Source of the DNA: Candidatus Pacebacteria bacterium UBA6180
Lineage (GTDB): Bacteria > Patescibacteriota > Microgenomatia > UBA1400 > PJMF01
Reading direction: 5' to 3'
Length of the DNA stretch: 64,000 bases
Assembly: GCA_002422165.1 (NCBI GenBank)
Contig: DITQ01000002.1
Location: forward strand, 13,174 to 77,173
Under the pieces are notes generated by a model. It did not search any database and had not been told where the DNA came from. It saw only the letters and a list, made by a program, of their open reading frames with translations. This document shows positions 8,508-16,909 of the stretch, piece by piece (the first letter of the stretch is position 1; each line of letters opens with the position of its first letter). The translations under genes and the position numbers were made by a program.

Positions 8508-8960
8508 ATGCAGTGCCCCTTTTGTAAAGGCAGCGAAACGGCAGTAATCGACTCACGAGGCAGCGAAAATGGTGACAGCGTTAGACGTCGCCGCACTTGC
8601 GAAGCGTGTCAGAAGCGCTTCACCACATACGAGCGAGTTGAGGGAGTAGACCTCAAGGTCATTAAAAAAGACGGTCAACAAGAAAACTTCGATCGCGACA
8701 AGATCAAGCGTGGCCTGATCAAGGCGACTTGGAAACGTCCCGTTAGCATGCTTCAAATTGAGCTACTGATTGAGGATGTTGAAGCTAAGTTGCGTCAGCG
8801 AGAGGTTTTCGAAGTCAAGAGCTGGGAAATTGGCAACCTAGTTCTCAACCGTCTCAAGAAACTTGACCCTTTGTCCTACTTGCTCTTTGCCAGCGTCTAC
8901 CGTGACTTCGGTGAGCTGGCGGATTTTGAGGAAGAGATTAAAAAGTTGAAAACTAATTAA
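8508..8960 (+). CDS. nrdR: Transcriptional repressor NrdR (zinc ribbon + ATP-cone)
   Basis: MQCPFCKGSETAVIDSRGSENGDSVRRRRTCEACQKRFTTYERVE: canonical NrdR N-terminus with CxxC..CxxC zinc ribbon; 150 aa. Confidence 0.9.
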   Translation: MQCPFCKGSETAVIDSRGSENGDSVRRRRTCEACQKRFTTYERVEGVDLKVIKKDGQQENFDRDKIKRGLIKATWKRPVSMLQIELLIEDVEAKLRQREVFEVKSWEIGNLVLNRLKKLDPLSYLLFASVYRDFGELADFEEEIKKLKTN

Positions 8961-9003
8961 AGAGTTAGTTTTCACCAAATATATTTAGAAAAGGAAAATT
9001 ATT

Positions 9004-11196
9004 ATGATCACTGCGAAAGTTGCCGCTAACCAGCTGCCCAAGAAAAAAATGAAATTCATCGATCGAAAATTGACCAAGGGTTTGGGTGAAGCGGTGGCTA
9101 AGCGCACAATTTTGCGCACTAAGGCCAATGGCCATTTAGAAACTTGGGCGGATGTGGCGCACCGCGTGGCTTTAGGCAACTCGTCTCTCTTGCCGGACAA
9201 ATTCAAAAAAGATCGCCAAACTGAATATGAGCTGCTGCGCAAACACATCTCCAACGCTTCACTGCTAATGAGCGGTCGCCATCTCCAGCATGGTGACGAG
9301 ACTCAGCCAGGTCGCAACATGGAGGTTTTTACTAACTGTAGCACCGCCTCTTCGTCATTTTTACTCTTTTACTTGCTACTCAATGGTTCAGGCGTCGGTC
9401 GAGCTTATGATGATGCTCTGATGGTCGTTGATTGGGACCGAATGCCGATCGTTCGTTGTGTGCTTAGTGACACTCATCCAGATTTCGTCTGGGGAGATGA
9501 TGAGAGCACCAGAGAAGCTCGCCACAAGTACAATAATGCCCACTGGTTCGAGATTCCCGACACTCGCGAGGGTTGGGCACAGGCGGTCGAAAAGATCGAG
9601 GTCATGGCCTACGAGCGTAAGTTCAAGGATGACACGCTCATTTTGGATTTCAGCAAAGTGCGCCCCAAAGGTTCACCGATCGCTGGCATGCAGGACAGAC
9701 CAGCTTCTGGACCAAGGCCACTGATCAAGGCGATTCAGAAACTTGCTACCATCAAAGGTTCTGGCATGCGCCCTTGGAAACAAGCGCTTTATGCTGATCA
9801 CTATTTATCCGAATGTGTGTTGGTTGGAGGTGCTCGTCGCGCTGCCCGCATTGCAGTTAAAGTTTGGACTGATCCAGATATTTTTGACTTCATTAGTATT
9901 AAGAAAGGCGGCTTCCTCTGGTCAGCTAACAACAGCGTGGCTGTCGATGAGAAGTTTTGGAAACAACGCAGTCAGCATTCAATCAAAGTTCTAGATGCGG
10001 TGATGCGTGCTTCCTACTTCGATAAAACTGGCGAACCAGGGTTCGTCAATCAGCATAAGTTGGTCCAAAATGATGATGGATTTGACGGTTACTTGGATGG
10101 TGGCTATGCTCGCAGCAAGAAATTTATTCCCATGAAGAAGACAGTCAAGATGCTAGCTGAGGTCGCCCGTCATGCAGGGGCGAAGTACTACACCCAAATT
10201 CCAAACCCTTGTGGTGAGATCACTCTCAACATGCTTGGTGGTTACTGCGTGATTGCCGATGTGGTGCCTTACCATGCTCCAGATGTTGAAGCGGCTGAAG
10301 AATCTTTCCGAGTGGCCACTCGCGCTTTGATGAGAGTTAACACCTATATGGATAGTTTGTATTCTCGCGAAGTCAAACGCACCAACCGCATTGGTGTCGG
10401 CATGACGGGGATTCACGAATATGCTTGGAACGCTTTTGGTTTAGCTTTCCGTGATTTAATCAACGAAGACAAGGCCAAGGACTTTTGGATGACCATTGCT
10501 CGTTTCAAGCGGGCAGTAGAAGATGAGTCGATTAGTTATGCTAAGAAATTAGGCGTCAACGTGCCACACACCAATACCACTATCAAGCCAGCCGGCACTA
10601 CTTCCAAGCTTTTTAGCTTGTCAGAGGGAGCTCATTTGCCAGCTATGCGCGAATATATTCGCTGGGTTCAGTTCAGCACTGATGATCCGCTAGTCAAAAA
10701 ATATCAGAAGATGGGCTATCCCAACAAACAGCTCAAAAGCTACCAAGGGACGACAGTGATCGGCTTTCCCACCCAGCCAGAGATTTGTAGTCTGGGCATG
10801 AATAGTCACCTGGTGACGGCTAGCGAAGCCACTCCCGAAGAACAGTACAAATGGCTGATGTTGATCGAAAAGTACTGGATCGTCGGTGTCGATGAAGATG
10901 GCAAGCCGCTAAGCGAAGACAAAGGTAACCAGGTGTCTTACACTCTCAAGTATGATCCGGACAAAGTTTCGTACCGCAAGTTCTCTAGTATGATTCGCAA
11001 ATATCAACCGCTGATCAAAACTTGCTCAGTCATGCCGCGCATCGACGTCACAGCTTACGAGTATCAGCCTGAGGAGGCAGTTACTATAGGTCAGTTCATG
11101 CAGGTCATCAAAGAAATCACCGATGACGAGCTAGAAGTGACTGAGGACATTAACTTGGAGCAGCTGAAGTGTGACACAGGGGCTTGCCCGATATAG
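9004..11196 (+). CDS. nrdJ: Class II (adenosylcobalamin-dependent) ribonucleotide reductase, monomeric RTPR-like
   Basis: Active-site thiyl-radical motif NPCGEITL followed by GGYCVIAD (class I/II C..E..L......C pattern); C-terminal redox pair KCDTGACPI; no glycyl-radical motif; 730 aa with no separate beta subunit; immediately downstream of nrdR with AGGA-type RBS. Confidence 0.65.
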   Translation: MITAKVAANQLPKKKMKFIDRKLTKGLGEAVAKRTILRTKANGHLETWADVAHRVALGNSSLLPDKFKKDRQTEYELLRKHISNASLLMSGRHLQHGDETQPGRNMEVFTNCSTASSSFLLFYLLLNGSGVGRAYDDALMVVDWDRMPIVRCVLSDTHPDFVWGDDESTREARHKYNNAHWFEIPDTREGWAQAVEKIEVMAYERKFKDDTLILDFSKVRPKGSPIAGMQDRPASGPRPLIKAIQKLATIKGSGMRPWKQALYADHYLSECVLVGGARRAARIAVKVWTDPDIFDFISIKKGGFLWSANNSVAVDEKFWKQRSQHSIKVLDAVMRASYFDKTGEPGFVNQHKLVQNDDGFDGYLDGGYARSKKFIPMKKTVKMLAEVARHAGAKYYTQIPNPCGEITLNMLGGYCVIADVVPYHAPDVEAAEESFRVATRALMRVNTYMDSLYSREVKRTNRIGVGMTGIHEYAWNAFGLAFRDLINEDKAKDFWMTIARFKRAVEDESISYAKKLGVNVPHTNTTIKPAGTTSKLFSLSEGAHLPAMREYIRWVQFSTDDPLVKKYQKMGYPNKQLKSYQGTTVIGFPTQPEICSLGMNSHLVTASEATPEEQYKWLMLIEKYWIVGVDEDGKPLSEDKGNQVSYTLKYDPDKVSYRKFSSMIRKYQPLIKTCSVMPRIDVTAYEYQPEEAVTIGQFMQVIKEITDDELEVTEDINLEQLKCDTGACPI

Positions 11197-11210
11197 TATA
11201 ATTATGCACT

Positions 11211-11573
11211 ATGGTGCAATCGGTAGAGGCAACTACAAAACAGATGAGTCATGAACTAATGGCTTATGTTATTAAAAAAGAGTTAACTGATAAATTTGGC
11301 AGTATTGGAGGAGCTTCTGCCGCTAATTCTATGGCTCGTGCATTAGAGCTATATATAAGTGCTCGTACATTAGAGAGGCAATTGGCTGATGTACCTGAAG
11401 ATGAACGCCCAGATCCTTCTGGGAAAAAATCTAAAGCCGAATTGCTAAAAGAGCTAAAAGCTGGCATTGTTGAAACAGGTTACGACTTTAATGGTTTAAA
11501 TAAAAAATTTGGACAGTACATTGACGGTGACTTGACAAAAATTGGCAGAATTATTTCTGGCATAGCCGAATAA
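11211..11573 (+). CDS. Hypothetical small protein, AT-rich gene (about 38% GC)
   Basis: 120-aa ORF between nrdJ and PBP gene; no motifs; composition differs from flanking genes. Confidence 0.35.
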   Translation: MVQSVEATTKQMSHELMAYVIKKELTDKFGSIGGASAANSMARALELYISARTLERQLADVPEDERPDPSGKKSKAELLKELKAGIVETGYDFNGLNKKFGQYIDGDLTKIGRIISGIAE

Positions 11574-11606
11574 TATTTTCTCAATTCATGCTAAAATAGC
11601 CTTGAC

Positions 11607-14063
11607 ATGGCAGTCAAGAAAAATTCTTCTAGTCCCAAAAAAATTCGAGGCAAACTGCAAAAAAATGTTTTGGTCGCTACCAAAGTTACTAAAGAAGCGC
11701 CAAAATTTAAGCGCGGTCGGCCCAAGTTGCCACTAAGAATTAGATTGGCTCGCAGCTTCAAAAAAAAATTAACTAAGCTTCATAAAAAATCCAAAAAAAC
11801 ACAAAAAAAATGGCTAGAGCAATATTTTATTCTCTTGCGAGTGTTGCAGATTAAGAGAGGGCGAGGTCGACCGACTTTGCCAGCTACAACTAAACTGAAG
11901 CGTTTTTTTTCTGCCGTCAGCAGTAGCGTCAGCAAAAGCAAACAAAAATTTAACCGTCGCCGATTGTCAGCGGCGCTGTTTCTGCAACGTTTCTTCCGCT
12001 TGCGCAGGAAAGTTGGCCGGCCCAAGAAAAAAGGTTCGTGGTTACCTTTGGCAAGCTCCTTACTTTTCACCATTTTATTTTTGGCTTTTGCTTATTTGGT
12101 TTACGATGTTGGCATCAAAGATCTACCACAAGCCACTGATTTGTCTAGCAAGGCCCAAAACGTCACCACTCGCATTTTGGACCGCAATGGCAAACTTTTG
12201 TTTCGCATCTATGAAGACGAAAATCGCACCCTCATTCCGCTAGCTGAGGTTTCCACCTACCTGCGGGATGCGACCGTCGCCATCGAAGACCAAAATTTTT
12301 ATAAACACCACGGCTTTTCCTTGCGGGGGATTTTTCGCGCTGCCTGGAAGAATTTCTCTAACCAAACTGTTCAGGGCGGCTCAACCATCACTCAGCAGTT
12401 AGTCAAAAATCGCTTACTTAACAATGAAAAAACCTACCGTCGCAAATTACGCGAGTTGCTCCTATCGCTTCTAGTGGAGCGTATTTACACAAAAGAGCAA
12501 ATTTTGGAAATGTACCTTAACACCGTCGCTTACGGTGGTTCGACTTACGGTATCGAAGAAACATCTTGGCGTTATTTCAATAAATCAGCCAGCGATCTGA
12601 GCCTAGCAGAAGCAGCCTTAATTGCTGGCTTGCCACAAGCGCCCTCGACCTACACGCCTTTTGGTGCTAATCCAGAATTAGCTTACGCACGTCAGGCAGA
12701 AGTTCTGCGCCGCATGGTGGAAGATGGCTATATCAGTCAGCTCCAGGCTGATCAAGCCAAGCAAGAGAAGTTGATTTTCAACCAAGATCGCATCGACATC
12801 CAAGCTCCCCACTTCGTCATGTACGTGCGCAAAATTTTAGCTGAGCGCTACGGTGAAGATGTCCTCGCTAAGGGCGGCCTGGAAGTGCGGACCACTCTGG
12901 ACCTAGATTTGCAAAACTTGGCTCAGGAAATTGTCAGTACTGAAATCGCCAAGCTTGCTAACTTCAAAATCACTAATGGTGCAGCCTTGGTAACCAATCC
13001 TAAAACGGGAGAAATTCTTGCCATGGTCGGTGGAGCCAATTATTTCGATTTTGCCCATGATGGTCAGGTTAACGTTACCACTCGACCACGCCAACCAGGT
13101 TCGTCAATCAAGCCGTTGACTTACGCTTTGGCTCTAGAGCGGGGCAAAACAACTGCTTCAGTTATTGACGATTCGCCAGTGGTTTACCAGATTGCTGGCA
13201 GCAAACCCTATGCTCCAGTGAATTATGATGGGCGTTTCCGTGGATCCGTGACTTTGCGTGAGGCTTTGGCTTCATCCTACAATATTCCCGCGGTCAAACT
13301 GCTCGCCGAACTGGGAGTTAACGATCTTATCGATCAAGGTGAAGCAATGGGTATTACCACTTGGCAAGATCGGCGCCGCTTCGGTTTATCCCTGACTCTA
13401 GGTGGCGGCGAGGTTTTGATGACTGACATGGCCAAGCTTTACAGCACTTTTGCCAATTTAGGCTATCCAGTCGGCGTCAATCCTTTTTTGGAAGTAACTA
13501 ATTACAAAGGGGAAGTGCTTTATCGCAATCACTGTGCTCTCGATCAAACTAATTGTTACGAGGAGCCAGCACTCAGTCCAAAGACTGCTTATCTAATCAC
13601 TGATATCCTAGCTGACAATCGCGCCCGCACGCCGGCTTTTGGGGCTTTTTCTGTCCTTAATATTCCAGGGCAAGAGGTAGCGGTCAAAACTGGCACTACT
13701 AACAGTATGAAAGACAATTGGACGATTGGTTACACTACTAACCGTTTGGTTGCTACTTGGGTTGGAAATAACGATAACACGCCGATGAGTTACGTTGCTT
13801 CTGGTATTACTGGTGCTTCTCCAATTTGGAACAAAATTATGCTATCCATGTTAGACGCTGATAACCCACACCTGTTTACGGTGCCAGCCAACATGATTAA
13901 GGTTAAGATCTGTGCCACAACGGGGACCTTGCCTTGCAGTGATTGTCCAAGTGTGGTCGAAGAATTGTTTGTAGAGGGGACAGAGCCGACTAAGGCTTGC
14001 AGTGAGGTTAATTTTGTGCCCCTCCCTGATACGGCCGAACCAAGGAGAGGGCAAGTTTTGTAG
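11607..14063 (+). CDS. Class A penicillin-binding protein (PBP1A-type) with ~150-aa lysine/arginine-rich cytoplasmic N-terminal tail carrying three AT-hook-like GRP motifs
   Basis: GT51 motifs (EDQNFYKHHG, QGGSTITQQLVKN), transpeptidase motifs (GSSIKP, KTGT); N-terminal tail contains KRGRPKLP, KRGRGRPTLP, KVGRPKKKG before the TM helix. Confidence 0.85.
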   Translation: MAVKKNSSSPKKIRGKLQKNVLVATKVTKEAPKFKRGRPKLPLRIRLARSFKKKLTKLHKKSKKTQKKWLEQYFILLRVLQIKRGRGRPTLPATTKLKRFFSAVSSSVSKSKQKFNRRRLSAALFLQRFFRLRRKVGRPKKKGSWLPLASSLLFTILFLAFAYLVYDVGIKDLPQATDLSSKAQNVTTRILDRNGKLLFRIYEDENRTLIPLAEVSTYLRDATVAIEDQNFYKHHGFSLRGIFRAAWKNFSNQTVQGGSTITQQLVKNRLLNNEKTYRRKLRELLLSLLVERIYTKEQILEMYLNTVAYGGSTYGIEETSWRYFNKSASDLSLAEAALIAGLPQAPSTYTPFGANPELAYARQAEVLRRMVEDGYISQLQADQAKQEKLIFNQDRIDIQAPHFVMYVRKILAERYGEDVLAKGGLEVRTTLDLDLQNLAQEIVSTEIAKLANFKITNGAALVTNPKTGEILAMVGGANYFDFAHDGQVNVTTRPRQPGSSIKPLTYALALERGKTTASVIDDSPVVYQIAGSKPYAPVNYDGRFRGSVTLREALASSYNIPAVKLLAELGVNDLIDQGEAMGITTWQDRRRFGLSLTLGGGEVLMTDMAKLYSTFANLGYPVGVNPFLEVTNYKGEVLYRNHCALDQTNCYEEPALSPKTAYLITDILADNRARTPAFGAFSVLNIPGQEVAVKTGTTNSMKDNWTIGYTTNRLVATWVGNNDNTPMSYVASGITGASPIWNKIMLSMLDADNPHLFTVPANMIKVKICATTGTLPCSDCPSVVEELFVEGTEPTKACSEVNFVPLPDTAEPRRGQVL

Positions 14064-14109
14064 ATTAAATAATGATGCGTTTTGACATATTTATTGTAGA
14101 ATATCTAGC

Positions 14110-14970
14110 ATGTCAAAAGAATCTTTAGAAGGATGGAGACGTTTTAATGTAAATGAAAGCTCACTTTCAGCCAGAGTTATGCATAGAGTTGTAGCTATGG
14201 TGCATCCTGACAGATATCCACAATTCCAGCGACTAATGCTTCTAATGCGAGCTATAGACAACCTCGTTGACGAAGGCAATAGTTTTGAAGAAGCAAAAAA
14301 ACTAATTAAAGAACAATGGATAGCGTTGAGTAAAATGTCGAAATTCGAAAATTTGTCTTCCGACCTTAGTTTTTTAGGAACAGAACTTAATGCCTTGGTA
14401 AATGGGATTCACGACAAAGATTTAAAATTGAATTTTATAAAGCACTACCAAAAATTACTTTTTTATTACTATCTAGATTTGCTTCATCGGAAACACGCTA
14501 AACCTTATAGAGAGGATCGTTTAACTAAGCACAGGGAAGGAGGCTTTTACCACCTTTTTGGTGCTATCAAAATTCTCTTGCGAGATAGTGACTTGGAGAA
14601 GTCGAACTTTAAGGATTTAATGGATGCATGGGCAGAAGCGGAGCCACTAGATGATATAGAGGAAGATTTGCCCGTTGGACTAGTTCTGTACAGCCCTAAA
14701 GATGGGGCTGATTGGGTAAAAAATCTTAAAAAACATGAAGCAGTAAATATTAAGGAGATTGATGCATTCGTCAGGAAAATTCGTTGGCAATTGTCAAGAG
14801 GATTGTTGAATAGTTTTATGGCTGGTTACCAAGAATTTGGTGGGATAGTAGGTTTACTTATGTCACTTGATTTTGCAAAAAGAGGAGTATTTCTTCTTAC
14901 AAAAAGATTCCAGCCAAAAGAAGAAGTTGTTTTTGCTAGTAAAAGTTTTAGCAATAATCTAGAAAATTAG
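14110..14970 (+). CDS. Squalene/phytoene synthase-like (trans-isoprenyl diphosphate synthase, head-to-head) family protein, AT-rich gene
   Basis: Two Asp-rich motifs in the positions expected for SQS/PSY fold: MRAIDNLVDEG (DxxxD) and DDIEEDLPVG..Y.P (cf. DVGED..GR.YLP); about 38% GC versus about 50% in neighbours; -10-like TAGAAT 7 nt before ATG. Confidence 0.35.
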   Translation: MSKESLEGWRRFNVNESSLSARVMHRVVAMVHPDRYPQFQRLMLLMRAIDNLVDEGNSFEEAKKLIKEQWIALSKMSKFENLSSDLSFLGTELNALVNGIHDKDLKLNFIKHYQKLLFYYYLDLLHRKHAKPYREDRLTKHREGGFYHLFGAIKILLRDSDLEKSNFKDLMDAWAEAEPLDDIEEDLPVGLVLYSPKDGADWVKNLKKHEAVNIKEIDAFVRKIRWQLSRGLLNSFMAGYQEFGGIVGLLMSLDFAKRGVFLLTKRFQPKEEVVFASKSFSNNLEN

Positions 14971-15162
14971 TTTTATAATCCAGCCAATCAGCAACACTAT
15001 AACTAGCAACACCGGTGCCACCCAGCGCTGAGTTAGCTCCTCTTTTTCCGTTTTTCGCTGGCGCTTTTTGGCCTGTTTAGCTAAGTAGGCCTGCTCGATC
15101 TTGTCAGTTTTTTTGGCGACATCACGAATTAGCTCAGGATCGGTTTGATAAGTTGGTTTCAT
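14959..15162 (-). CDS. Small membrane protein (hypothetical)
   Basis: 67-aa ORF with basic N-terminus and C-terminal TM helix VAPVLLVIVLLIGWIIKLIF, immediately downstream of cmk on the minus strand. Confidence 0.3.
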   Translation of the reverse strand: MKPTYQTDPELIRDVAKKTDKIEQAYLAKQAKKRQRKTEKEELTQRWVAPVLLVIVLLIGWIIKLIF

Positions 15163-15167
15163 TTTTG

Positions 15168-15860
15168 CTAGTGAACTTTTTTGACTTTGGCCGCGATTAG
15201 CTCCACTACTTCTTCAATGTCTAAGTTGCTGGTGTCAAGCACCCAAGCATCCTTAGCAACGTGCAAGGGATCAGCGTCGCGCTTGGTGTCGCGCTCGTCG
15301 CGTTCTTTGATCTCAGCGATGACCTCTTCCAAGCTGATGTCGACACCTTTGCCCAAATACTGGGCGTGTCTTCGCTCTGCGCGGCTCTCCACACTAGCAG
15401 TTAGGAAAATCTTGATTTGTGCCTCAGGAAGGACGCGAAAAGTGATGTCGCGGCCCTCCATGACTACATTTTGACTGGCCGCGATTTTTTGCTGTTTCTG
15501 CACAAGCACTCGGCGCAGTTTGGGTAGCACGGCGACTTTGGAAGCGCCTTCGCTGCACTTTTGGGTGCGGATGGCCCAGGAGACATCCTCTCCGTCGAGA
15601 ATAACTGTGGTTAAGCGGCCATCAGTTTCCTTAGGAGGTTTTGGATTACGCATTTGTAGCTCGCTTTTTTCAAGTAGGGCGACGACCTGATCTTCATCAC
15701 CCAGTTTAACTTTGGCGCGAATGGCCAAAAGGGCTGTGGCGCGATACATGGCGCCAGTGTCGACGTAAAGAAAACCCAATTTCTGTGCCAAGAGGCGAGA
15801 AACAGTGCCTTTGCCAGCGGCTACAGGGCCATCGATGGCAATTTGAAAAGATTGGTGCAT
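15168..15860 (-). CDS. cmk: Cytidylate kinase (bacterial type)
   Basis: IAIDGPVAAGKGTVSRLLAQKLGFLYVDTGAMYRA: canonical Cmk N-terminus and P-loop. Confidence 0.85.
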   Translation of the reverse strand: MHQSFQIAIDGPVAAGKGTVSRLLAQKLGFLYVDTGAMYRATALLAIRAKVKLGDEDQVVALLEKSELQMRNPKPPKETDGRLTTVILDGEDVSWAIRTQKCSEGASKVAVLPKLRRVLVQKQQKIAASQNVVMEGRDITFRVLPEAQIKIFLTASVESRAERRHAQYLGKGVDISLEEVIAEIKERDERDTKRDADPLHVAKDAWVLDTSNLDIEEVVELIAAKVKKVH

Positions 15861-15863
15861 GCC

Positions 15864-16103
15864 TTATTTTTTTCTAGATTTAGCTTTGGCAGGCTTTTTG
15901 CTTGAGGATTTCTTGGTGCTTGATTTCTTGGGGGTGATCATCCACTCTTCTCGGTCAGAAGTGATGAGCCCACCAAGTCCAACGATCACCAGAATCAGGG
16001 GCCAGAGGTTCCAGAAAGCTCTAGGCAAGTAACCTAGGTTGGAAGCCATGAAAATGAGTCCCATAATTACCAAAGTGATTGGCCAAAAAGTGCGTTTGGG
16101 CAT
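15864..16103 (-). CDS. Small membrane protein with lysine-rich C-terminal tail (hypothetical)
   Basis: Two predicted TM helices followed by KKSSTKKSSSKKPAKAKSRKK; 4 nt upstream of cmk. Confidence 0.35.
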   Translation of the reverse strand: MPKRTFWPITLVIMGLIFMASNLGYLPRAFWNLWPLILVIVGLGGLITSDREEWMITPKKSSTKKSSSKKPAKAKSRKK

Positions 16104-16139
16104 ATCTATTATTAAAGCCTAATTTTAAACTGGAAGCAA

Positions 16140-16460
16140 GTGTATTTTTCCTTGAGTAAATTTGTTTTTTTATTATATGATATCTCCAAGATGACGAAAT
16201 CTGCAAAAGAGTTGAAAGTTGCTGCTGAACGGGGAGCCGTCAGTACGATTGCTAGAGAAGCAAAAAAATCTAATCTTCCATGGGAGTTTTTCAAGCAGTT
16301 ACTTGTCAGGGCAATTGGCGTGCAGGCTCAATTGATAGACAGGCAAGTGACGTCTGACGGCAGCAATACTTCAGCTGTGCAAAAAATGGAAAGTCTTGCT
16401 GCGAAATTAACTTTTGGTGCAAATATAAAAAGATCAATTGACGAGTACCTAGAAGATTAA
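16140..16460 (+). CDS. Hypothetical protein (true start possibly at the internal ATG at 16191, MTKSAKEL...)
   Basis: ORF of 106 aa; no motifs; moderately AT-rich. Confidence 0.3.
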   Translation: MYFSLSKFVFLLYDISKMTKSAKELKVAAERGAVSTIAREAKKSNLPWEFFKQLLVRAIGVQAQLIDRQVTSDGSNTSAVQKMESLAAKLTFGANIKRSIDEYLED

Positions 16461-16464
16461 TTTT

Positions 16465-16905
16465 CTATCTCAATTTACTAATTTTCGCCAACTCTCGTTT
16501 TAAATCTCTCTTCTTAATCACTTCACGTTTTTCGTATTCTTTCTTGCCTTTGCCTAGAGCCAACTCAAGCTTAATGCGGTTGTGAGAGATGAAAAAAGCC
16601 AAGGGGACGATAGCGAAGCCTTTCTGGCGACTTGCCTCGATGAGGGCTTCTACCTCACCTCTTTTGAGTAAAAGCTTGCGAGAGCGCTTGGGGTCATAAT
16701 TTTCTTGTTTGGCAAAAGAGTAGGCGTTGATTTGAGCGCCAAGCAGAAACAACTCGCCGCTGATTTCCTTGATGTGGCTGCCGTTTAAGCTAGCTTGCTG
16801 GAGGCGCAAGCTTTTGACTTCTGCTCCGGTCAAAACTACTCCAGCGACAAATTTTTTGCCGAGAGTGTATTCGAAGCTCGCTTTTTTGTTGAAAACCAGT
16901 GACAC
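16465..16905 (-). CDS. smpB: SsrA-binding protein SmpB
   Basis: NKKASFEYTLGKKFVAGVVLTGAEVKSLR matches the SmpB core; 146 aa. Confidence 0.85.
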   Translation of the reverse strand: MSLVFNKKASFEYTLGKKFVAGVVLTGAEVKSLRLQQASLNGSHIKEISGELFLLGAQINAYSFAKQENYDPKRSRKLLLKRGEVEALIEASRQKGFAIVPLAFFISHNRIKLELALGKGKKEYEKREVIKKRDLKRELAKISKLR

Positions 16906-16909
16906 AAGC

